Positions 38,416-62,154 of a DNA stretch of 64,000 nucleotides are shown here, one piece after another. Position numbers and translations under genes: made by a program. The stretch is from the human T2T-CHM13v2.0 reference genome, Homo sapiens. The notes under the pieces are model-generated. The model ran no database searches, was not told the origin of the DNA, and saw only the letters and a program-made list of their open reading frames with translations. Numbering within the stretch: position 1 is the stretch's first letter; every line of letters begins with the position of its first letter. The stretch lies in the NCBI RefSeq assembly GCF_009914755.1, contig NC_060930.1; one strand, 5' to 3'.

Positions 38416-38702
38416 CTCCTGTATTCTTCCTCATCTTAGTAAATGGCAACTGCATCTTACCAGTTCCCCAGCCAAAAACTGGTTTTATCCTTGACTCCTC
38501 CCTTTCTCTCATTTTTTATGTTCAATCCATTGATAAAGTCTGTTAGCTCAATACAGAATACATCCTGAATTTCACCACTTCTTGCCACCATTATCATTAC
38601 CACTGGGGATCACGATTTTATCACCTTCTGCCTGCATTACTGCATCAGACTCCCAATTGGTCTCTTTGCTCCCACCCTTGCCCCTCTATAATCTCATTTT
38701 AA

Positions 38703-40143
<1,441 letters not shown>

Positions 40144-40717
40144 GAGCTTACCACCATCAGGTGTGCTACATGTTTGTTTATTTTTGTGGCATCTCATGAA
40201 ACATAAACCCTATCAAGGCAAGAACTTTGTTTTATTCATTTCCACATTTCCAGAGCCTAGAACAGTGCCTGGCATACTATGTGTCCTGTTTTATAATAAA
40301 CACTGATGATACAGCAGTGAACAAAAAAGACAAGTAGTGATAAGAGCCATGAAGAAAATAAGTCATATCACTGTAAAGGAATAGAGAGGGGTGGGAGTGT
40401 CATTTCAGAGGATATGTGAGGCAGCCTTTGACAGGATCCTTGAATTTAGTGTAGGAGTGAGCCCTGCCGAGGTCTGGGGAGTGCGTTTCAGACAGGCTCC
40501 AGCAAGAGAGGCCCTTAGACCAGGCCAGCTTGGCATGACCAAGGAAAAGCAAGGCTAGTGCGTGGGGAGAGGCAAGAGAGGGAGTGAGAGTGATCGGAGA
40601 GGTAGTCAGGGGTCATGGTAAGCACTTGGGATTTTTCTCTACAAGATAGAAAGCTGTTGGAGGCTTCTGAGCAGACCAGTGACAGGATCTGATTCTCATT
40701 TTAAAAAATCACTTTGC

Positions 40718-40968
40718 AAACACCCCATGTTCTCACTCATAGGTAGGAATTGAACAATGAGAACACCCGGACACAGGAAGGGGAACATCACACACCGGGG
40801 CCTGCTGTGGGGTGGGGGGAGGGTGGAGGGATAGCATTAGGAGATATACCTAATGTCAATGACGAGTTAATGGGTGCAGCACACCAACATGGCACATGTA
40901 TACATACGCAACAAACCTGCACGTTGTGCACATGTGCCCTAGAACTTAAAGTATAATTTAAAAAAAAA
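40718..40968 (+). mobile_element. Young L1PA 3' end (5'-truncated)
   Basis: TTCTCACTCATAGGT...GGGAGGGTGGAGGGATAGCATTAGGAGATATACCTAATG...CTTAAAGTATAAT plus A-tail. Confidence 0.92.
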
Positions 40969-41123
40969 TTTTTTTTTTAAATTTAGTTGCCATGTGGGCA
41001 ACTAAATGTAGAGGGGCAAGGCAGGGCAAAGGGAAGCCAGTTAGGTGGCTTCTGCAGTGTTAGGTGGGAGTTGAACTTGGTAGTAGCAATGAAGGCAGGG
41101 AGAAATGGTCATATTTGAGATTT

Positions 41124-41200
41124 TATATATATATAATAATTTCAGAGAGAGATATATATATATATATATATACATATATATAAACGCTCACATATATATC
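41124..41200. repeat. (TA)n-rich low-complexity tract
   Basis: Seen directly. Confidence 0.85.
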
Positions 41201-41836
41201 TCATAGGATTTACTGATGGATTAGGTGTGAAATGGGAGAGAAAAACATTAAAGGATTACCTTAAGGTTTAGCCCCGAGCCACTGGAATGGGGAACATTCA
41301 AGAAGGAATAAGTTTGGAGGTGGGGAGTGGGTGTTTAAATCAAGAGCATCCAAGGAATGGATATGGACAGAGATATCCAAGGACTGAACCCTGAGATGCT
41401 CAGGACAATGGGAAGAATTAGTCAAAGGAGACTTGGAGAGATACAGGAGAGGAAGAACAGGGTGGAGTGCTGGAAACCAAATAGAATAAAAAAAGGTTTT
41501 AAGAAACAGGAAGTGATCAATTGTGTCAAATGCTGCTGACAGGTGGAGTAAGATAGGACTGAAAATTGATAATAGGATTTGGCAATGGAGAAGTCACTGA
41601 AAAAGTGGTTTTGGTGGTGTGGTCGGCGGGGCAGAAAGACTGATCATAGTGGGTTAAAATGGATCTGATAGATTTGGGATCATGTAGTACTAATTATTGG
41701 CCTTGGGCAAATCGTTTAACCTCTCTGCCTTTTTGTTTTCTCATCTGTCAGAAGGGACTTATAACTGTAATCATCCAATGGGTTCTTCCTATCCACTGCA
41801 CAGATAAAATCAGTTCATAGTGTTGAACCAATGGAT

Positions 41837-43287
<1,451 letters not shown>

Positions 43288-43930
43288 ACAAAAAAAAACA
43301 CAAACAAGCCAGGGTTTCCTTCAAAGACATATTCACCAATGTAGCTATGTCTGCCTTCCACCTGGTATTAATCTGCACACCTTGTGTACTTGTTTCTGTA
43401 TTCCTGCAGGTGTTCGCTTGGTGACTGTAACACTATTTTCCTGTAAAAGTCCTTGAGGGCTGTCTTATTCCTCAGTCCTCAGGCCTTCTCCGCCCACCCT
43501 GCTTCTTCTGAGAGGGAGTGGTCCGCCAGCCTGAAGCTGACCTATTTTTCAAAACCACCCTTTTCCTTAGGGTGGTTTTTCCTTAGAGGCTATGCTGTGA
43601 TTTATTTTTAAAGAACAGCCTTCTCTTGCACAGACCTGGGAGGTAAGCTACTCCAAATTACGAAGAAGGCTTCCACCAACAAGACAGATCTAAGAACCAT
43701 TGTTTTAGGTCTGCATGCTTTTGAGCACAAAGAGTAAACCTTCCTGCAGCTTCGGAATATCTCTCTTCCTCTTTCAAAGCCCTTTCACAGCTTGGACTTG
43801 CTTCCTTTTTAGAGCCACCCTCTCAGATAAGGGTGGTTTTAGAAGTAGGAAGCCAGATTTGGGCGCAGGACAGAATGCTCTGAGCTCAGCCTGGCACGGT
43901 TGCACAGTGTGGTGGGAAGCAGACTGGCCT

Positions 43931-44226
43931 GGCTGGGCGCAGTGGCTCAGCCTGTAATCCCAGTACTTTGGGAGACCCAGGAGGGCAGATCACTTGAGGT
44001 CAGGAGTTCAAGACCAGCCTGGCCAACATGGTGAAACACTGTTTCTACTAAAAATTCAAAAATTAGCCAGGTGTGATGGCTCATGCCTGTAATCCCAGCT
44101 ACTCGGGAGGCTGAGGCAGGAGAATCACTTGACCCAGGAGGCAGAGGTTGCAGTGAGCTAAGATCACACCATTGCACTCCAGCCTGAGTGACAGAGCAAG
44201 ACTCTATCTCAAAAAAAAAAAAAAAA
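43931..44226 (+). mobile_element. AluS
   Basis: Alu match. Confidence 0.9.
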
Positions 44227-44628
44227 GGTGGGGGAAGTGTATTGGCCTCTAATCCCAGCTCCAGCAATTACGGCTTCTTCCTAGGCTTTTGTGTCCCTGT
44301 GTGAGAAACATGGACCAGAAGTGCCATCAAGTTCTCGCTGTCCCTGTTCTTCAAATGAGGACGTGAAGCCATGGAGATGGAAAAGTATGATGGTGGGTTC
44401 CTCTGAGGCTGTGTCAGAGGAGACAAGAGTGGATACTGAGGATGATTCATTAATCTTTCTTGGCAAAGAAAATTTTATGTGATGACTAGAAATTTGTTTA
44501 CTCATACACAAATTCCTACCGAAACAGTCGAGAGGAGAGAAATAGCACATTGGTACAAATGTTTTTTCTTTCTGTAAGTCAAATAATCAACATTTCAGAC
44601 ATTTCTTAGAAAGTCTAGTAAATAGATT

Positions 44629-44941
44629 TATTTTCTTTTTTTTCTTTTTTTTTTTTTTTGACAGAATCTCACTCTGTCACCCAGGCTGGAGTGCACAGTG
44701 GTGCGATCTCAGCTCACTGCAACCTCTGCCTCCCAGGTTCAAGCGATTCTCCTGCCTCAGCCTCCTGAGTAGCTGGGATTACAGGCGCCTGCCACCACGC
44801 CCGGCTAATTTTTGTATTTTTGGTAGAGACAGGGTTTTGCCACATTGGCCAGGCTGGTTTCGAACTCCTGACCTCAAGTGATCAGCCCACCTTGGCGTCC
44901 CAAAGTGCTGGGATTACAGGCATGAGCCACCATGCCCGGCC
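44629..44941 (-). mobile_element. AluS
   Basis: Alu match. Confidence 0.9.
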
Positions 44942-45183
44942 AGATTTCTTGAAAGTTGTTTTAAAAGTGGTTATATTTCTTAGGCCTAGGATTAAGGGGT
45001 AGTTTTTATTGTTTAGTCTTTTTATGTCTGCTCTGCATCTTTCACCAATAATTAATAGAGAATCAATAAGTATTAGTTCTTTAATCAGGTTTTTTTAAAC
45101 GAAATAAATGGCTTTAATTGTTCAAAAAGAAGGCAACAGAGGGAAAGAAACTTAAAAACTAATAATGGTGAAAACCGGCATTA

Positions 45184-45520
<337 letters not shown>

Positions 45521-46619
45521 TAATAAATAAAAAATAAACTGACATTTACTAAGTTACATTTATTTCCTACTGAGTAGTACTGACTCATTGATTCCCCTCT
45601 CAACTCTGGAAAAGAAGCTGTTTATTATCCCCATTTTATATATAAGAAAAAGCAGAGAAAAGTTCAATGCTTCTGCCGAGGTCACAGAGCTAATAAATGC
45701 AGTCACTGGGGCTTCAACTAGACGGTGAAGTTCGGGGCCCCTGCTATTTATTATTGTGCTCTATTTTCTCCTAGATGATCTAAAAGTTAAGCATACTTGG
45801 TTTGGAAAACATGTAATCTTAGAGAACAGATTTATCATGCAAACTACATTTAAGTTAGTACTACCCGAACTTACATTAATAGAAGGCTGAAGGAGAGTAG
45901 TTTGAAACTGTTGTAGGTTTGGGATTTAAATTTTGCTAAGGATAAACCAGAGTAGATAAATCAACTCTGTGCTAGGGTTAATCGTATAGCCAACATTGGT
46001 TTATGTCAACAATTAGATTGCTTTGTATGGTACCTCAAAAAAAGTTGAAAGGTGATTAGAATTGCTCAGGAAAAGGCTGGAAAGATTACAAACTGCCAAT
46101 CAGCTTCAAAAAATGAATTTAAAAATAAAAGCACAATCTATCCATGGAACAGGATTCCATCAGCACAGAAAACGATCAGGGAAAAACGGAGTATGTGCAC
46201 ACACTCTCCCCCACCCCCAAGAAAAGCTTCACTGACACCATCTCATTTTGTGTAAACAACACAGTTCCTGTCCTACCCTCATTGAGGAACCTCAGCTACT
46301 TTAGGGCTTTTAAATGTTGGTCTTTGTCCTCTCATCCTCTACTTCCTCACTTTTCAATCAGTTCTCCTCCTATGGCTGGATCCATTTAGCTGCTTATCAC
46401 ATTTCAGGAAACTGAAATAATCATAAAAGTGATTTCATGACCCAGAACTGAGGACAGACCTCACCCCTCACGCTCAATAAATATTTGCTGGATGGATGAA
46501 TAATTGCTACAGCCGTGGTTCTTCTAGACAAGGAATTTCACCTTATATCCCAGGGTAGGAAAAGACACAAGACTGCAAGATGCAAGAAAGATTGCCTCCA
46601 CTAAATAAAACAGGTTCTG

Positions 46620-46907
46620 GGCTGGGCCAGGTGGCTCACGCCTGTAATCGTTAATACTTTGGGAGGTTGAGGTGGGCAGATCGCTGGAGCTCAGGAGTTC
46701 AAGACCAGCCTGGGCAACAAGGCGAGACCCCATCTCCACAAAAAATAAAAAAATTAGCTGGGTGTGGTGGCATGTACCTGTAGTCCCAGCTACCTAAGAG
46801 GCTGAAGTGAGAGGATCGCTTGAGCCTGGGAGTTCGAGGCTGCAGTGAGTTGTGATCCCACCACTGCACTCCAGCCTAAGTGATAGAGCGAGACTGTCTC
46901 AAAAAAA
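46620..46907 (+). mobile_element. AluJ
   Basis: TSD AAACAGGTTCTG. Confidence 0.9.
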
Positions 46908-48625
46908 CCAAACAGGTTCTGACGGGGAGTGGGAGTGGGGAAGCTTGGGGTTTGGCAAGAACTGGCTATACTTTGCAACAAGTCAAATCTGGGTTCAAAA
47001 CCTGGCTCTGCTCCTAGAGTATGACTTCACTTTATTTTCTCTACCTTGAGTCTCAATTTCTCCATTTAAAACGCCTTTTAGGGATGCTGTGAGTTTGGGT
47101 ATGATGGGAGAGGCATTCATCCAGTTTCCTCCTTGATCCTTATCTTCATTCCCACTCCAAGAAGGAGCCCCTAATCTGATGAGTCATTCCAGGGACACTG
47201 ATTGGGCCACATGAGAGGGGTTGTCTTTCTTCATCTTCTCGGAAGGCCAGAATTTTCTGGCACCCTCAGAAAAAGACCCGCCCTTTATTTCCCTCTCTAG
47301 CCCTGTCTTCTTTCTTGAATGCAGGCTGCATGTGATCAGTGACCAGTTCTTCACTCTTCTGCTTTTCCCTTCCAGGTAGCCTAAGTGGCAAAGAGGATGG
47401 GAACTGTTTCCTTCAGGAGAAAAAGACCTGCATCCTGTTTTCATTGCCTCCTGGGGTCTTCTTTTCAGTCTCCTTTCTCCCATGTGGTCATCTGGGTGGT
47501 AACACTTGGGTTTAGATTGAATGGGAAGGAAGAGTCTAATAGAGCCATTTTTGCCTGAGTTCCCTGCCTCAAGGCTTCAGATACAGTCCAGCAGCAGTAA
47601 AACGTTAATGCAGCCAGATTGAAATTTTATCACACTACATCTCAGACATGCAAATAAAATGTTTGAAATGGAACTTAAAATTACCAATAAAAGTATCTCA
47701 TTCTTCGGACTTAAGTTCTCATTCCAGCCAATAACTCCCCATTAGAGCTGTTTCTCTCCCTTTGTCTTTTCATCCTTTAAGATGGTGTTTGAAGGGTGGT
47801 GCTTAAGTGACTTCATGGTGGCTCATAGCCCATGCTTTTCTCCTCTGGATGGTTGCCAACCTGTGCTGCAAAGATGCTGCTGTGCTCTTGTCCCTGAGCT
47901 GCCAATCCTAAGATCTGCTCTCCTTGCTCTCTTCCTTACCCCACCTCCATGGCTGGAACTTGTCTTACATCATATCTGCCTCCTTACCAAGATGAAATTT
48001 GTAAACACCACTTCCCAGGAGGGCTACTAGCAGAATGGCTATTGGGGAATAATTTATGGAAGAAAGAAAGAAAATACAGGCATATACACACAAACTCACG
48101 CATACATACAGTTCTTGTCACATTACTTTGATTTCTTTTTCTTTTTTTCCTAAATTTTTTGTAGACAGGGTCTCACTCTGTTGCCCAGGATAGTGTTATA
48201 CTCCTGGCCCCAAGCAATCCTCCCATCTCAGCCTCCCAAAGTGCTGAGAATACAGGCATGAGCCACCAAACCGGACCCCATTATACTCTTTTATCGTCTC
48301 TCAGTATACCCCAGTAGGATGTTCAGGGATTTTCTGTTTTGTAAGCCCAGTGTTTGGAAGAGTGTATGGCACAGAGTACGTGCTCAATAAATATTTGTTG
48401 AATGCATGAATGGTGGGTCATATCTGCTGTGTATGGATTTATCCAGTTCAATTCTCAGGGGCAATCTTATTTCCCTTATCCCCAGGTGCTTGCAGAACAG
48501 CACGCAGAAGCTTATGTACTGCCCACAACAATCACCAACTTGGACGTGGTAGTTGAAGCAATGAGTCTTATGAGGTCCCTCAAGATGAGCGGGAAGAACA
48601 AAGTGGGGCCAAGAGTAGCTTAGAG

Positions 48626-48922
48626 TAGCAGTTCTCAAACTTTCAATCTCAGAACCCCCTTACAACTTTTAGAAATTGTTGGGGACTCCAAGGCATTTTC
48701 TTTACATGGGTTATGTCAATATTTATTGTATTAAAATTAAAACAAAAATTTTAATTTTTTGCAAATCTCTTGACAGAAGGGAGCTGGATTCTCATACCTA
48801 CATCTGCATTCAATCTATTGAGATGTGTTTTGGTTGAAATCTGACCTTATACAGATAGGTGATTGGAAAAGGGAGGACCTCAGAGATCCCAGGGTTTCTC
48901 TGACCACGTTCTGAAACTGCTG
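48626..48922. mobile_element. hAT-Charlie non-autonomous DNA transposon
   Basis: TIR-like ends (TAGCAGTTCTCAAACT / GAAACTGCTG); 8-bp TSD GCTTAGAG and TCCTAGAG resembling the NTCTAGAN consensus. Confidence 0.7.
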
Positions 48923-50156
48923 TCCTAGAGCAATAGTTGCTGCAACAATGACAACAATCTTCTCTGCAACACAGCCCTCAGCCCTCCGGGAACCCCAGAT
49001 TCTAATATTGGCACAGAATCCCAGCCTCCAGCCTCTTTGCTTAGAATTGCACAATTTTCCAGTAATGTATGAAACAGCTGGCAGCCTTGCGCAGGAAAAC
49101 TGGATAGAGGTGAGTCCCTGAGGGAGTATGTTTGTCCTGGGTAAAAGCAAGTGGACTAGACATCCTAGAAAAGGATTGACACTTGAAATCCTAGCATTTT
49201 GGGAGACCAAGAAGGGAGGATTGCTTGAGCCCAGGAGTTTGAGACCAGCCTGGGCAACATAGCAACACCCTGTTTCTAAAAACAAACAAACCAAAACCCC
49301 AAGAAAGTGGGGTGTTGAGGAAAAGAAAACACATCATGCATTCTCAGGAAGGAGAGACAACAGCTTAAGAAGCTCAGGTACATTAATGAACAAACATGTC
49401 TCAGTGCCCAGGCTGAAGAAGAAACAATGAAGCTCAGCCTGCTGGGTGTGTGTGGAAGGAGCTGGCTCTCAGAAGGGGAAAAGTTGGTGACATAATTATA
49501 TATCTACCTCTGTAACTTCCTGAGTCTAGCTGGCAGAGCCACAGCTTTGCCCACATTCGTTGGGGAACTGGTGGAAATATAGCAGACTCTTACCAGGTAC
49601 AGCTGTAAGATGAGTAAATCCTCAGTATGTTGGAGTGGCCTTGTAACCATGGGTAGAAAGGCCTTAGGTAACACCTTCTGGTTTGTAAGCCCTTCCAGCC
49701 GTGGGCCAGCACCTTTACTACAGCCACGGGCCAAGGACACCTTTACTGTGTATTTTGCTTACCTGCTTTACAGAGAAAAGATACAGTCGGTCAGCTGTCA
49801 GTAGCCCTAGCCAGGCCCCAAATACCACTCACCTTCCTTCCATGACAAGTAGTCCAGCTCTGCGCTGAAAAAATGAGTGTATGTGACTGCTGCTGCAACC
49901 TGCAAGAGTCACATTTTAGTAAGCGGATAACAAGTCCAACCTTTGTGCTTAGAATTTTCCAAAGCTTTTTCTAAGAAATAAACTATCTCTATTGCACTTC
50001 ATCCTATACTAACTTCTGATACCTTTTGCATTAATGCCTACATTGCTATTTAGGAGGCCTAAACATGATCCTTGTTTAACACAACAATTCCCAAGTCTAA
50101 TACAGTGTTTAGCACATAGAAGGCACTTAAGTTTTTAGTGAAAGCAAGTTAAATAA

Positions 50157-50849
<693 letters not shown>

Positions 50850-51278
50850 TAATGTGAACCAAAAGCATGTGCTTTTCATACATTATCCCATTTAATTACA
50901 TTGTTCATGGAAAGCTGGCCTCCTCAAGAAGGTATAAGTTCTTTGAAAGCAGGAAAAGTACAATATATTTGAGGCTTATTAAAGGCTTTACACACATCCT
51001 ATACCCACCTATCTTATGGCAGTGCCCCTCAAATCCTTCTCAAAGATACTTTTTTCTTCTTCTTTTATAGTACTAAAAGCTATATTTATTTATCATTTTG
51101 CTACAGGGCAAGACGTGCTTATTTTGGTAAGTCCCACTAATGGTTTTAGAGTGGAGAAAGTTATTTATTTATGGTCTAATGTATTGTTTCCTCTTATTCA
51201 GAAACAGTCCCAGCTAAAATGGTTTACTTAAATATGTATTATGTAATCAAATAGGACTACATATTAAAGTACATAATA

Positions 51279-54211
<2,933 letters not shown>

Positions 54212-54955
54212 TAAAGACTCCCAGAGTGGCAAAATAGGGTGCATACACACTGGTCAGTGACCAGGGAGTATGAGAAGCCAAGGGATTCATGTGATCCATC
54301 TTCTAAAATACCAGTACCACTCAAAGATTGTAAAGTAAGCGGAATCTTGCTTTTTCACATATGAAAATCTGGAAAAGAAAGAAACCGTATGCACTGAGCA
54401 AATAGAAAATTTGGCACTTTTGAGAACCTGGTGGCAATGGTGTTGCTGTTGTATCAAAGTAATAAGGGTGAGTGAATTTTGAGAGATAAATTATGCCTGA
54501 CCATTGGAACCAGTGAGCAGCCGAGCATGTGACAGCAGTAAGCCTCCAAAACCTAATTTTTTGGAAAAACAAGCCGATCAGCTTACAACCAGTGTTTATG
54601 ATTTTTAATTTTCTTTTTCAAGAGACAGGGTCTCCTTCTGCCACCTAGGCTGGAATGCAGTGGGGCAATGATAAATATTAGTAGCACCTCTGTAGCAGAA
54701 ACTACTGTATCAAAAAGAAGTATAGGATATTCTTAGATGTTCATCTAAAATATGGATTTTAACCTGTGGTAAATGTGCTCAAACCAAAACCTTCTCTTGA
54801 GAATATCCTGACCAAAAAATGGCCAGAGATTTTGTTCCTGCAGCCAGAAAAATCACTCATATATGTCAGATGAGGGTGTAGTATATAGACTATATAAAGA
54901 ACACTTACATCTCAATGACAAAAAGACAACCCAATTAAAAAATGGGCAAAGGATT

Positions 54956-55298
54956 TGCCTTAGTCTATTTGGGCTGCCATAACAAAATATCATAGACTGT
55001 GGCTTATAAACAACAGAAATGTATTTCTTACAGTTCTGGAGGCTGGAAGTCTAAGATCAAGGCACTGGTAGATTCATTGTCTGGTGAGGCTTCACTGCCC
55101 CATAGACTATCATCTTTTTATTATAACTCACACAGTGGAAGGGGGCAAAGGATCTCTCTAGGTTCTCTCTTATACAGGCACTAACCCATTCATGAGGGTT
55201 CTGTCCTCATAACCTAATCGCCTCCCAAAGGCCCTTCCTCCTAGTATCACCACCTTGTGGATTAGAATTTCAACGTATGAATTTGGGGAACAGACATT
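54956..55298 (-). mobile_element. MLT1A-type MaLR LTR
   Basis: TTAGTCTATTTGGGCTGCCATAACAAAAT...CAGTTCTGGAGGCTGGAAGTCTAAGATCAAGG...ATGAATTTGGGG. Confidence 0.8.
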
Positions 55299-55339
55299 TA
55301 AGGACTTAAATTTAAGGATGTTTAAGGACTTAAATAGAC

Positions 55340-55365
55340 ATGCTCACTTCGGCATCACATACACT
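55340..55365 (+). pseudogene. 5' fragment of U6 snRNA
   Basis: ATGCTCACTTCGGCATCACATACACT versus the U6 5' end GTGCTCGCTTCGGCAGCACATATACT (22/26). Short, so only moderate confidence. Confidence 0.55.
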
Positions 55366-55703
55366 TGTTTGTTCATTTTATATATTTTTTATTTTTATTT
55401 TCATCTTGAGACTGGGTCAGGAGGCTGAGGTAGGAGGATCACTTGGACCTGCGAAGTGGAGGCTGCAGTAAGCTGTGATTGTGCCACTGCACTCCAGCCT
55501 GAGTGACGGAGTGAGACCCTGTCTTAAAAAAGAAAAAAAAAATCATGTTGTTGTTTGAAGTAAAGTAAGTACTACCAGGTCTAAAACAATCCCAGAGGTC
55601 TCCTGGACTCCCTCTAACCACCCTTGCTTCCTGTCTGCTCCCTCCTCCCCCAGACAACCTTTCAATTCTTCTTCTTCCTTCAGTGTATACCTTCATATTT
55701 TAA

Positions 55704-56202
<499 letters not shown>

Positions 56203-56472
56203 TGTATAGTGCTATAATTTTTATATCTTGGTTTTAGATATAAACTGATGACTTCTACTGTGAAGATGAGGTTTTTAGCTCTATTATTACCCAGAATGTC
56301 ATCTAAAGACATTTAAATATATACATACATTCTCCTTCCCCATCCTCCTAATAGTTATGTCCTAAGTTTGAATTCTATTGATATTTATGTTTACATATAT
56401 AATGAATTGTGCTATAGAGACCATTTCTTGTACTTTTTCTTTTTTGCAATTAATAAGTGCCTTACACTTGCT

Positions 56473-57323
<851 letters not shown>

Positions 57324-57599
57324 CTCTTTTCTTTAACCTCATTTTTTATTTACCCAGTATTTATTCATCCCCAAGATCTCTGCCAGAAGTGTACATCTCT
57401 TCTTAAGTTCTCCAAACATACCGAGAATTCCAGCAATTTCATCTTCTTCTTTGAAACCTTCCCCTTGCCCCAGGACTCATCTGTCCTCCTGCTGCAGGCT
57501 GGGCTAGTCGGCTCTCTCGCCCTGTTGTACAGATGCCATATGGAGACTGCTTCTTACCCTCCCCCCAGAAATTCCTCTCACTCTTCTCCTGAGTGAGCT

Positions 57600-57910
57600 C
57601 TCATGCGTCCTAGATTCCATGTCTTATTCTTTCTTGGTTTACTCTCTTCAGTGAAGCACTTCTTCCGGTAGCTTCCTGGAAAAGACTGCATCGGGAATAA
57701 ATTTCTTGAGGTGTTATGTGTTTGGAAGATTTTTATTCTACTCTTATGTCTGATTGACAGTTTGGTAGGAAACAGACTTCTAAGTTGGAATTAATTTACC
57801 CTTGAAATTTTGAAGTCATTGTTCATTGTCCTCTAGCTTCAAACTGAGATTTCAGATACTATTCCAATTCTGATGCTTTGTGTGTGACCTGTCTTTCCCT
57901 TAGAAAGACT
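57600..57910 (-). mobile_element. Old L1ME-type fragment that resumes at ~62350-62690
   Basis: Antisense L1M sequence flanks the Alu/AP4S1/U2 insertion block on both sides. Confidence 0.55.
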
Positions 57911-57912
57911 GT

Positions 57913-58072
57913 GGGCTGAGAGTGGGGCTCACGCCTGTAATCTCAGCACTTTGGGAGGCCGGCGTGGGAGTGTCACTTGAGTCCAGTTGTTTGAGACCAG
58001 CCAGGGCAACACAAGGAGATTCTATCAATACAAATAATTTTTTTTTTTAATTAGCCGGGCATGGCAGACGCC
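57913..58072 (+). mobile_element. AluJ left arm truncated at the AP4S1 retrocopy 5' junction
   Basis: Ends TTAGCCGGGCATGGCAGACGCC and runs straight into the AP4S1 5' UTR. Confidence 0.8.
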
Positions 58073-58256
58073 ATACTAAAAGCCAAAATGGCTGCCCCGA
58101 GGAGGCGCGCACCGCGTAGCTAGTGAAGGTTGGGGAGCAAGCTTCTGCGGGAAAGAGGGAGGGGTTCTCCAGGAAAAGCCGTTGAGAGGACCATCACACC
58201 CCAAGCAGCACAGGTTCCAGTTACAGCCATCCTTTGTCATAAGTCATAACTTTTGA

Positions 58257-58729
<473 letters not shown>

Positions 58730-59146
58730 AAGGAAGTCTCTTCCAGACAACATGGATTTATCAGAAATGCGAGTACCATGGAATACATCTCAACATCTGT
58801 AACCCAGAAGAATATGGAAGACCACAATTACAAAATGGGGTATCCTTCCAAAGACATTATAAATAGGCATTTTCCACAGTTCCTAAAAATACAACAAAAC
58901 TGTACTTTAAAATATGTACAAAAGAAAAAAATTTTTTTAAACTGAGAGCGAAGTTTTACTTTCTAATTGTAAACATATCTTTCCTACTTCTTTAAATTCT
59001 GTTGAGCACCTAAGGAACCCTTCTTGGTCTGTGCTGCTTTTTGCAAATTGAATTCAGGAATAGCAGGATGGTAGTGGGAAGAAAGTATGGCAGTTTTCTG
59101 TCAGCCAATGAAGTTTTAAAATTTAAACACAAGGCATTTTGAGTAA

Positions 59147-61489
<2,343 letters not shown>

Positions 61490-61642
61490 TTACTCCTTTA
61501 ACCCCGTCTCCTGCAATGTCTTGAAGTAAATTACTGTCATTACAGAAGAGCAACACACTGCATCCCCCCAAAACCTTTCTATATGCTTTTGCTACCCAGT
61601 TAACAGAAGAATATACAGAACTATCTTAGGCGAAAATATGTA

Positions 61643-61763
61643 CAGTAGTCCCTCCCTTATCCACTGTTTTGCATTCTGTGGTTTGTGTTACTCATGGTCA
61701 ACTAAGGTCCCAAAATATTAAAAGAAAATTCCAGAAATAAACAATGCATAAGTTTTAAACTGC
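61643..61763 (+). mobile_element. MER44A-like (Tigger) fragment truncated at the retrocopy poly(A) site
   Basis: TA|CAGTAGTCCCTCCCTTATCC...AAAATTCCAGAAATAAACAATGCATAAGTTTTAAACTGC, then A-tail. Confidence 0.7.
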
Positions 61764-61829
61764 AAAAATAAATAAATAATAAGATTTTAATTTTTTTTCT
61801 TCCTTCCTTCCTTCCTTCCTTCCTTTCTT

Positions 61830-62123
61830 TTCTTTCTTTTGAGACGAAGTCTCATTCTGTCACCCACGCTGGAGTGCAGTGGCATGATCTCAGCTCACTG
61901 CAACCTCCGCCTCCCAAGTTCAAACTATTCTCCTGCCTCAACCTCCCTGAGTAGCTGGGATTACAGGGGCATGCCATCACACCCAGCTAATTTTTATATT
62001 TTAACTAGAGACTGGGTTTCTCCATGTTGGTTAGGCTGGTCTCAAACTCCTGACCTCAAGTGATCAACCCACCTCAGCCTCCCAGAGTGCTGGGATTACA
62101 AGCATAAGCCACCACGCCCAGCC
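61830..62123 (-). mobile_element. AluS (no A>G excess; outside the retrocopy)
   Basis: Alu match. Confidence 0.9.
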
Positions 62124-62154
62124 TCTTTTTTTTAGTTTATAGCATGTGGGGTGA

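Noticed and set aside
48402-48623. 73-aa ORF with protein-like composition
   Set aside because: Overlaps L2-like remnants; no recognisable domain or splice context.
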